From NCBI GenBank assembly GCA_046754225.1, contig JBHHVI010000002.1:7810-71809 (forward strand): a stretch of DNA of 64,000 bases. The letters are read 5' to 3'. The DNA is from Thermodesulfobacteriota bacterium (GTDB lineage: Bacteria > Desulfobacterota > GWC2-55-46 > JADFVP01). Below, piece by piece: positions 1 through 6,648 of the stretch. Under the pieces are notes generated by a model. The model had not been told where the DNA came from. It made no database searches and saw nothing but the letters and a program-made list of their open reading frames with translations. Numbering within the stretch: the first letter of the stretch is position 1; the number at the start of each line of letters is the position of its first letter. Made by a program: the position numbers and the translations under genes.

Positions 1-540
1 CTCAAGGAAAAAGCGTCTGTTCGGAAATATATCCCTGTATTCTTCAGCCGCCTTAAGGGCCCGGTCCATCTGAGCCCGTCCTGCATAGTACGAAACCTCA
101 CCGTGAAGACAGGCGCTCAAGGCGATAAGCCCCTCGTTCATCTCCCTCAAGAGTTCCTTGTCTATCCTCGGCCTGTAATAAAAACCCTCTGTATAGGCCT
201 TTGTAAGGAGCCTGCAGAGGTTTCTGTAACCCTTTTCGTTCTTGACGAGGAGGACAAGGTGGAAGGCGGTAAGAGAGCGCCCCTCTTTCGTGGACGCGGA
301 CTTCTCCGTCCTGAACCCCGGCGCCACGTAAGTCTCACAGCCTATTATGGGTTTTATTCCCCCGGCCATGGCCTTGCGGTAAAACTCCACGGCGCCGAAG
401 AGGTTGCCGTGGTCAGTTACGGCCACGGCGGGCATCTTGAATTTTTTAGCCTGCTCAATGAGCGCACCGGGCCTGATGGCTCCGTCGAGGAGGCTGTACT
501 GGCTGTGCAGATGGAGGTGTACGAAATTAGAGTGCTGCAT
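1..540 (-). CDS. dnaE: DNA polymerase III alpha subunit, N-terminal PHP domain (5' part of gene; continues past window start)
   Basis: Absent from the ORF track because there is no stop in the window. Reverse-strand translation from the ATG at 540-538 reads MQHSNFVHLHLHSQYSLLDGAIRPGALIEQAKKFKMPAVAVTDHGNLFGAVEFYRKAMAGGIKPIIGCETYVAP... This carries the HLHxHSxYSLLDG and TDHGNLFG PHP signatures of DnaE. The frame stays open to base 1. Confidence 0.85.
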   Translation of the reverse strand, partial: MQHSNFVHLHLHSQYSLLDGAIRPGALIEQAKKFKMPAVAVTDHGNLFGAVEFYRKAMAGGIKPIIGCETYVAPGFRTEKSASTKEGRSLTAFHLVLLVKNEKGYRNLCRLLTKAYTEGFYYRPRIDKELLREMNEGLIALSACLHGEVSYYAGRAQMDRALKAAEEYRDIFPNRRFFLE

Positions 541-598
541 AGGATTTGAGATTAGCACAATTTAAATTGTTTTTGAACATAAGTTTGCCTGAAATCCC

Positions 599-1261
599 TT
601 ACTTCAACCTCCTTACGTATATCTCTTTTACTATTTCGGGATCAATGGCGAGGGTAGTCTCCCCTATCTCTATGACAAAGGCCGGTTTTTTCTGGCGCAC
701 CCTTATGACGCTTCCCGGGACAAGTCCCAGTGACGAGAGTTTATCGAGCCTCGCATGTGCGCCTGAGACTATAAAGATTATCGCTGCCCTGTCTCCGGGG
801 TTCAGGGCCGTGAGGGATTTTACGAGGGGCTTTAATTCCACCCTCTGTTTCTTGCAGCATTCGCCCTGCGGTATGGCGAGTCCATGGGGGCACGTGGGGG
901 GGTGTCCGAGCAGCGTGCAGATGCTGTCGGTGACCCCGGGCGAGAGGATGTGCTCGAAGTTGCACGCCTCACGTTCCATGGCCTCCTCGTCCATGTCGAG
1001 GACCTGTGTCAGAAGCCTCTCGGCGAGGCGGTGACGACGGATTACGGCCTGCGCCTTACCCTCGCCGCTCTTTGTCAGATAGACGGAGTCGCCGTCCACG
1101 GTTATAAGGCCCCGGGACTCCATATCCCTGAGCGTACCAAGGTCGGCTTTCGCCTCGGCCACCTCTTTGACACTGAAGAGCCTTTCTATGGAGCTATCGC
1201 CCAGCTCGCGGTTTGACCATATGAATTCAAGGACCTCTTCCATAACACTATCTTCAGCCAT
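599..1261 (-). CDS. DtxR/IdeR-family metal-dependent transcriptional regulator with C-terminal FeoA/SH3-like domain
   Basis: 220-aa ORF. It has an RRHRLAERLL dimerisation/metal helix, the ACxFEH...CPHG motif typical of iron-dependent repressors, and a C-terminal LxxLxPGDxxxI...LGLxPGxxIxV FeoA-type domain. Confidence 0.85.
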   Translation of the reverse strand: MAEDSVMEEVLEFIWSNRELGDSSIERLFSVKEVAEAKADLGTLRDMESRGLITVDGDSVYLTKSGEGKAQAVIRRHRLAERLLTQVLDMDEEAMEREACNFEHILSPGVTDSICTLLGHPPTCPHGLAIPQGECCKKQRVELKPLVKSLTALNPGDRAAIIFIVSGAHARLDKLSSLGLVPGSVIRVRQKKPAFVIEIGETTLAIDPEIVKEIYVRRLK

Positions 1262-1270
1262 TTCTCCTCC

Positions 1271-3241
1271 TTAAAGGGGCACATGAAGAGCCCTCAATAT
1301 TAGATTGAGCACACCGCCCGCGAAAAGCGCGAAGGGGAATATAAAAATGGTTATCCAGAGCGCCGCCTTTAACCCCCGCTCCTTTACCATCATAAAGAGG
1401 TTGGCTATGCAGGGGACGAAAAGCGTTATGGTAACGAGGCTCACGACGACCTGTGTGTGGTCCATGAGCCCCTTCTTTTGAAGGGCGAAGAGCCCGGCGG
1501 CCCCGTAATCCCTCCTGAGGAATCCCACGATAAAGGCGTCGGTGGATTCCGCCGGGAGATTGAGAAAACCCTCGATGACAGGGGACGCCGCTCTCTGCAG
1601 GGCGATAAGCGCTCCCGTCTTGTCGAGAACGAATAAAAGCAGCGTGCCGAGGACGAATAGAGGCACCGCCTCCTTCAGGTACCACTGGACCCTGACGAGC
1701 GTTTTGAGGATTATGTTGGACAACATGGGAAGCCTTATAGGGGGTATCTCTATTATAAAATCCGATGTGTCTCCGGGCAAAAGCCTCGCAGCCATAAACC
1801 CCACCAAAAACATTATGATGATTATAACCGCCGCCCAGACTATGGTGGCGGTAACGGAAACTGCGCCGAGCATGCCGAGTATAACGCCGAGCTGCGCGCT
1901 GCACGGCACTCCGAGGGCAAGTAGAAGCGTAACGATGACCCGCTCCTTTTTTGTTTCCAGAATCCGTGTCGTCATCGTGGCCATGGTGTCGCAGCCGAGC
2001 CCTAACACCATGGGGAGCACGGCCTTGCCGTTAAGTCCCATGACCTTGAACAACTTGTCCGACATGAGGGCGAGCCTCGGCAGGTACCCGGAGTCCTCGA
2101 GGATACTGAAGAATATGAAGAAAAAGCCCACTATGGGCAGCACTATGGCTATGGCGTATGTGAGGGCCATGGTCACGAGGCCGTAAGGGCCTACGATAAG
2201 GTCATGAATGATGCCCGAGGGCAGTGCGTATTCGACCACCCTCGACGCCCATGGGTTTACAAGGCCGTCGAATATGACGCTCTGAAAAAAGTCCACGCTT
2301 ATGCCCGCGCCCAGGACCCCGACGAACTCGTACATCAGGAAGAGGACGGCGAGAAGTATTGGGACGCCCCACAGGGGATGCATGGAAAGCCTGCCGATAA
2401 GGCCGGCTATACGCCCCTCCTTCAGGGTCTCCTTCGATACGACCTTACTTACTATCGCGTCAACGGTCCGGAGCCTCGCCCTGTTTATCAGGTAACCGAG
2501 GGGTTCGGGGTATATGGACTGGACCCCGGCGGTGATCTCTTTTATCTTTGCGAGCCCCCCGGGGCCGAGCCTTTCCTCAACCCAGCCGTCCATGGTTGCG
2601 TCTCCGGAAAGGAGCATCACGCTTATGGACCTCACTGAAATCCGTGTATCGTGAAGGAGCTTTGATATCTCCGCGATCCCGTCTTCCACAGGTTCAGGAT
2701 ATTTTACGCCCCCCTCCGAGCGCCGGTGCAGACTGAAGATGTTTTGTATCTTATCGAGGTTCCACTTCTGAGTGGCTATGGTAGGGATGGCAGTGAGCCC
2801 TGTGGCTTTTGAGAGCGCATCTGTATCTATCCTGATGCCCCTCTCGCCCGCCTCGTCGTACATGTTGAGGGCGAGCGTAACGGGCAGGCCCATCTCCTGA
2901 AGCTGAAGCGTGATTAAGAGCCCTCTCCTTAAATTCTTGGAATCGAGCACCTGCAAAACGGTGGCGACATCATCGTTTAAAAGGATGTCACGAGTCACCT
3001 TCTCGTCTTCACTCACCGGCACGAGGCTGTTTACACCGGGGCTGTCTATTACGCCGGTCCTTACGCCCTTGAGGCGCGTGGTACCCCTGGAGACGCCGAC
3101 AGTGGTGCCGGGATAATTGGAAACAGTGGCGTACCTGCCCGTAAGCGCGCCGAAGATAACGCTCTTGCCCACATTGGGGTTGCCTACAAGGACGAGAGAG
3201 CCCCGGCCGTGGGCTGCGGTTTTCCCGGATTTTTCAGTCAT
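1271..3241 (-). CDS. feoB: Ferrous iron transporter FeoB (G-domain plus membrane domain)
   Basis: 656-aa ORF. The N-terminal GTPase has GNPNVGKS (G1) and DSPG (G3), followed by a long polytopic membrane region. Confidence 0.95.
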   Translation of the reverse strand: MTEKSGKTAAHGRGSLVLVGNPNVGKSVIFGALTGRYATVSNYPGTTVGVSRGTTRLKGVRTGVIDSPGVNSLVPVSEDEKVTRDILLNDDVATVLQVLDSKNLRRGLLITLQLQEMGLPVTLALNMYDEAGERGIRIDTDALSKATGLTAIPTIATQKWNLDKIQNIFSLHRRSEGGVKYPEPVEDGIAEISKLLHDTRISVRSISVMLLSGDATMDGWVEERLGPGGLAKIKEITAGVQSIYPEPLGYLINRARLRTVDAIVSKVVSKETLKEGRIAGLIGRLSMHPLWGVPILLAVLFLMYEFVGVLGAGISVDFFQSVIFDGLVNPWASRVVEYALPSGIIHDLIVGPYGLVTMALTYAIAIVLPIVGFFFIFFSILEDSGYLPRLALMSDKLFKVMGLNGKAVLPMVLGLGCDTMATMTTRILETKKERVIVTLLLALGVPCSAQLGVILGMLGAVSVTATIVWAAVIIIIMFLVGFMAARLLPGDTSDFIIEIPPIRLPMLSNIILKTLVRVQWYLKEAVPLFVLGTLLLFVLDKTGALIALQRAASPVIEGFLNLPAESTDAFIVGFLRRDYGAAGLFALQKKGLMDHTQVVVSLVTITLFVPCIANLFMMVKERGLKAALWITIFIFPFALFAGGVLNLILRALHVPL

Positions 3242-3243
3242 TT

Positions 3244-3262
3244 AGTAATGATAATAACTTTC
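3244..3262. promoter_or_regulatory. Fur box candidate overlapping the feoB promoter
   Basis: The sequence agTAATGATAATaAcTTtC matches 14 of 17 aligned positions of the classical GATAATGATAATCATTATC Fur box. It lies 3-21 nt upstream of the feoB ATG, and a fur gene lies immediately upstream. Confidence 0.6.
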
Positions 3263-3276
3263 ATTTTCAATAGCAA
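3248..3276 (-). promoter_or_regulatory. sigma-70-like promoter directly abutting the feoB ATG
   Basis: The minus strand reads TTGCTA-17 nt-TATCAT, then 6 nt (tactaa), then ATG. No Shine-Dalgarno sequence is present. The predicted transcription start coincides with the start codon. Confidence 0.4.
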
Positions 3277-3288
3277 GGGAAAAAATTT

Positions 3289-3720
3289 TTATGAGCAGTC
3301 CGGACAGTACCCGTAGAGTTCGAGCTTGTGGTCCAGGACGGTAAAGCCGTGCTTCTTCGCCGTCTCGTTCTGAAGCTCCTCTATTCTGTTGACCCTGAAT
3401 TCAGCGATCTTTGAGCACTTTATGCATATAAGGTGGTCGTGGTGGCCGCCTTCGGGTATGTTCTCATACCTTGTCTGACCATCGCCGAACTGTCTGGCTA
3501 TGGAAAGCCCGCTTTCGGTCAATAGCTTCATCGTCCTGTAGACGGTGGCGTAACCCACGCCGGGCGTCTTCCTCTTTACCTTCTTCAAGAGCTCATCAAG
3601 GCTTATGTGTGTGCTGGTTTTAAAAAATGTCGTGGCGATAAAGTCGCGCTGGGAGGTTGATTTCAAGCCGTGGGACTCAATATACGACTTGAATATCTGC
3701 ATTTTCTTCGAGATCTTCAT
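3289..3720 (-). CDS. fur: Fur-family transcriptional regulator
   Basis: The ORF 3289..3795 was trimmed to the internal ATG at 3720 (MKISKKMQIF...), because the longer version runs to within 2 nt of the tRNA gene. It has a winged helix (GYATVYRTMKLL), an HHDHLIC motif and CxxC...CPDC zinc sites. Confidence 0.85.
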   Translation of the reverse strand: MKISKKMQIFKSYIESHGLKSTSQRDFIATTFFKTSTHISLDELLKKVKRKTPGVGYATVYRTMKLLTESGLSIARQFGDGQTRYENIPEGGHHDHLICIKCSKIAEFRVNRIEELQNETAKKHGFTVLDHKLELYGYCPDCS

Positions 3721-3796
3721 AAAAAGAATTCCCTGGCCAGACCCTTGAAGGACGCGCGCGTTGAGACTTCGCGGATATGGTAAGCGAGAGGTCAAA

Positions 3797-3872
3797 TGGA
3801 GCGGGAGACGGGTCTCGAACCCGCGACCTCAACCTTGGCAAGGTTGCGCTCTACCAACTGAGCTACTCCCGC
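3797..3872 (-). tRNA. tRNA-Gly (anticodon GCC)
   Basis: The reverse complement is GCGGGAGTAGCTCAGTTGGTAGAGCGCAACCTTGCCAAGGTTGAGGTCGCGGGTTCGAGACCCGTCTCCCGCTCCA, 76 nt. It shows the acceptor stem GCGGGAG/CTCCCGC, a D-loop AGCTCAGTTGGTAGAGC, the anticodon stem-loop CAACC-TTGCCAA-GGTTG, a T-arm GGTTCGAGACC and an encoded CCA. Confidence 0.95.
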
Positions 3873-3895
3873 TTTCACTAAATTTCGAAGTCGAG

Positions 3896-3923
3896 ATTCT
3901 ATCATAATAAAAAAAACAGTCAA
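3896..3923 (-). promoter_or_regulatory. sigma-70-like promoter for tRNA-Gly (and possibly fur-feoB)
   Basis: The minus strand reads TTGACT-16 nt-TAGAAT, ending about 23 nt upstream of the mature tRNA 5' end. Confidence 0.5.
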
Positions 3924-4000
3924 GCGGTTATTTAATGGATTGAAAGGACTTGAGGCGTGAAAAGTACTCTGAAGAGCGGGGGATTGGACTACAGACAGGC

Positions 4001-4465
4001 TCAAAGGGCGGCGTTTACGAGAAGGGGCCAGGCATAGGTCCCGGGCTTCATCTCATCGGCAAGGACGAACCTGTAACTGAGGCTCTTCGTATCAACCCTC
4101 ATGGACCTCGAATAAGGCTGGTGAATAAGTCCGCTCCTGCCGGACATGACTACGGTCCTTGAACCGTCAAAGACCCATATCTCCTTAAAGAGGAAGGCGG
4201 ATTGCTCGATGGTTATCATGTACCCTTGCCTGCTGTTGGTCCTCACGTGGAGGACCGTCCCGTTTTGAACCTCTAAATACCCCCTCTGGATGTCCGCCGC
4301 GGTGATACTAATGGAAGATGAACTCGACTGGATGGATTTTGTAAGCACAGGGAGGACACGGGCCGAGACATTCAGATTTCCCGAAGTGCTGTTTGCCATG
4401 GCCAGGGAAACGGTTATCGTAAAGAATGCGATTACCAGGAAAACTATGTATCTCGGCGTTTTCAT
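4001..4465 (-). CDS. Secreted hypothetical protein, possibly a divergent pilin-like subunit
   Basis: The ORF 4001..4561 was trimmed to the ATG at 4465, which is preceded by AGGAG 7 nt upstream. MKTPRYIVFLVIAFFTITVSLAMA is a signal peptide. The mature N-terminus GNLNVSARV resembles GTLNVSATV of the SCPU pilin at 9785..10264. The rest of the protein is beta-rich. Confidence 0.55.
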   Translation of the reverse strand: MKTPRYIVFLVIAFFTITVSLAMANSTSGNLNVSARVLPVLTKSIQSSSSSISITAADIQRGYLEVQNGTVLHVRTNSRQGYMITIEQSAFLFKEIWVFDGSRTVVMSGRSGLIHQPYSRSMRVDTKSLSYRFVLADEMKPGTYAWPLLVNAAL

Positions 4466-4489
4466 CCTAATGCTCCTGCCCTTATTAAC

Positions 4490-4505
4490 TGAAAAAAGTG
4501 TGCCA
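4490..4505 (-). promoter_or_regulatory. Weak sigma-54 (-24/-12) promoter candidate
   Basis: The minus strand reads TGGCACacttTTTCA, compared with the consensus TGGCAC-N5-TTGCW. The -24 element is perfect and the -12 element has T instead of G. It lies only about 25 nt from the ATG at 4465, which leaves a very short leader. Confidence 0.25.
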
Positions 4506-4800
4506 GGAGAAAAATTACCGATTGGTTTAATCTTTTCAAGATAATAATACATATTATGCATATAAATATGTGCATAATATCACGTTTTATAAATTTTTCA
4601 CGTAATATTGTGCAAACAATATTTTTATGAAATCTAAAATTACGGTATTAAGTAAGAGTATACCACAAAAACGTGCGTTTTTGTCGCAAGTGGGATATTA
4701 ATTTTTGACGGCAGAATACGCCAAAGGGGGCGAGTGTAATATAATCAGATAGTTGCCAGTCTGCGGGGAAAAATGAGGAAAGTGTGCGTTTTCGGCCCTT

Positions 4801-4816
4801 TGTGACTTTTGTCACA
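4801..4816. promoter_or_regulatory. Perfect 16-bp palindrome TGTGACTTTTGTCACA (CRP-type TGTGA-N6-TCACA), or an RNA hairpin
   Basis: The palindrome is read directly from the sequence. It lies 5 nt downstream of the stop of the sigma-54 activator gene and about 335 bp upstream of the ORF starting at 4465. Confidence 0.4.
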
Positions 4817-4821
4817 CTCGC

Positions 4822-6123
4822 TTATTTAATTGTATATTTATCTATTTTCCTTATGAGTGAACGCCTGCTTATACCGAGCAATTTCGACGCGTGAGTCCTG
4901 TTGCCGTCGCATTTATTGAGAACGCTTTCTATATGGGCCCTAACGACCTTGTCAAGCGTTTCCATGCCGTATTTAACGGCGCCCTTAAACTCCTTGATGG
5001 ACTCAGGGAGGTCCTCGGGCCTTATAAAGGACTCCGAGGTGAGGATGGCCGCCTGTTCGATTACGTTCTCCAGCTCTCTTATGTTGCCCGGCCAGTCGTA
5101 AGAGAGGAGCTGGGTCTGTGCGGGCCTTGATATCCCTTTTACTGACTTGCCGGTCCTGGCAGTGAACTTTTTGAGAAAATAGTTAAAGAGAAGGGGCAGG
5201 TCGTCTTTACGCTCCCTCAAGGGCGGCACACTTATCTTAAGCGGCGTGAGCCTGAAAAAGAGGTCGTCCCTGAAGTTGCCGTTCTTTACCTCCCCGGAGA
5301 GGTCCCTGTTTGACGCCGCTATGACCCTGCATTTGGCGTTTAACGTAGCAGTGCTTCCCAGGCGCCTGAAGTCTCCGTCCTGAAGCACCCTCAAAAGATG
5401 GGGCTGTACGGAGAGCGGCATATTGCTTATTTCATCAAGGAAGAGCGTGCCTGAGCCGGCAACCTCGAAGAGCCCGGCCTTATCCTCAAAGGCTCCGGTA
5501 AAAGCGCCTTTTTTGTGGCCGAAGAGTTCGGACTCTATCAGGGTATCTACAATCCCACCGCAGTTGAAGGTGATGAAGGGTTCCGAGGCGACGGGGCTTA
5601 CATCGTGTACGGCTTTGGCGATTAATTCCTTGCCCGTGCCCGTCTCTCCTGTAACCGTTACGGCCCTGTAGTAGTGGGCGATCCGCCTTATGAAATTGAA
5701 GATATCAATCATGACGGGGTTCCTGCCCACGATGCCCTGGAACTGGTATTTGTCGGAGAGGTTCCTTTCCAGCTCAAAGGTCTCACGGCGTAAAATGCTC
5801 AGCTCGTCTATTCTGTCGATTACGCCGGTAAAGGCGTCCCTATCGACAAAAGGCAGGGTAAAGTAGGCCGTGGCCCCGTCCTTTATCGCTTCAAGGGCGA
5901 GCGCCTTCTCATGGCCGAAGAGTATGACCTCCACTCTCGGGTCGCACTCCTTTATGGAGGCGAGTTTTTCAAGATCGCCCTCGATGACTGCCACGTCGTG
6001 GTTGGAGTTTCTTATTGCTTCTTCAGGGGATGAATTTTCTGCGATGGTCTCTACAAGGTGTTCGTTGATGAGTGCGGCAATCTCTTCAGGCGGCTCTTTG
6101 AGCGCCAGAAGGATTTTCAGCAT
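4822..6123 (-). CDS. sigma-54-dependent transcriptional activator (bEBP) with atypical receiver-like N-domain
   Basis: 433-aa ORF. It has Walker A GETGTGKE, the GAFTGA sigma-54 contact loop, an ESELFGH motif and a C-terminal Fis-type HTH (ASKLLGISRRSLIRKI). The N-terminal 120 aa have a receiver-like fold but lack the conserved receiver residues. Confidence 0.9.
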   Translation of the reverse strand: MLKILLALKEPPEEIAALINEHLVETIAENSSPEEAIRNSNHDVAVIEGDLEKLASIKECDPRVEVILFGHEKALALEAIKDGATAYFTLPFVDRDAFTGVIDRIDELSILRRETFELERNLSDKYQFQGIVGRNPVMIDIFNFIRRIAHYYRAVTVTGETGTGKELIAKAVHDVSPVASEPFITFNCGGIVDTLIESELFGHKKGAFTGAFEDKAGLFEVAGSGTLFLDEISNMPLSVQPHLLRVLQDGDFRRLGSTATLNAKCRVIAASNRDLSGEVKNGNFRDDLFFRLTPLKISVPPLRERKDDLPLLFNYFLKKFTARTGKSVKGISRPAQTQLLSYDWPGNIRELENVIEQAAILTSESFIRPEDLPESIKEFKGAVKYGMETLDKVVRAHIESVLNKCDGNRTHASKLLGISRRSLIRKIDKYTIK

Positions 6124-6156
6124 TGCCTTCCTTTTTTACATATTGGGACATTTTTT

Positions 6157-6648
6157 TTAGAACGTAATGGTAACTGTCAGCGTGTCGGTGTACGAGCCGG
6201 CCGACACGTCCTGCAGAGGCGGTATCCTGCCGTATACCTTAAGTTTCTTTGTCTTGTTCTTTTTGACCTTCTTTTTTACAATCGAGGTGCCGCCCGTGCC
6301 GTCTCCCCATATCTTCGTCATTTTTTTCTTGGTATAAAGGTCATAGTTAAGTAAGTCGGCGAGCATGGTGTTTTTCATCTGCCTCGGTGTGAAAAGTCCC
6401 GAATTGGGGCTCGGCCCAATGGCCACCCGGACCTTTGTCTTTTTCTTGTTGTTGCATCTGATATTAATCCGGCCTATGGCGTCAGTGGGCGTGGCGAGGA
6501 ATACGTCATAATTGCCGAAGCTTACCGGCGTGGTACTGACGGTACACGCCGCGTGCGAAATGGTGCCCAGTGTCAGTACGGCGAGAAAGGCCAGAGCCGG
6601 GTATAAAAAGAGCCTCAGGGAAATCCGTTTTATCATTCCACCGCGCAT
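6157..6648 (-). CDS. Spore coat U (SCPU) domain pilin-like subunit, second copy
   Basis: 163-aa ORF with a signal peptide. It has the SCPU hallmarks C-x-V...FGNYD, a second Cys (IRCNN), and the C-terminal GSYTDTLTVTITF. An alternative start at 6636 would overlap the usher stop as ATGA. Confidence 0.8.
   Translation of the reverse strand: MRGGMIKRISLRLFLYPALAFLAVLTLGTISHAACTVSTTPVSFGNYDVFLATPTDAIGRINIRCNNKKKTKVRVAIGPSPNSGLFTPRQMKNTMLADLLNYDLYTKKKMTKIWGDGTGGTSIVKKKVKKNKTKKLKVYGRIPPLQDVSAGSYTDTLTVTITF

Noticed and set aside
3792-4004. 70-aa ORF overlapping the tRNA-Gly gene, and the N-terminal 25 codons of the long fur ORF (3721-3795).
   Set aside because: The 70-aa ORF is just a translation through the tRNA gene. 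For fur, the long version runs to within 2 nt of the tRNA 3' end, whereas the internal ATG at 3720 gives a normal-length Fur protein.
4555-4620. Recurrence of TGTGCATA/TATGCATA-type octamers in the two AT-rich regions (4555-4576 and 52672-52700) as evidence for a shared regulator.
   Set aside because: The expected chance occurrence of a given 8-mer in this window is about 2, and higher in AT-rich DNA. Without genome-wide enrichment data the link is not supportable, so only the local inverted repeat is reported.
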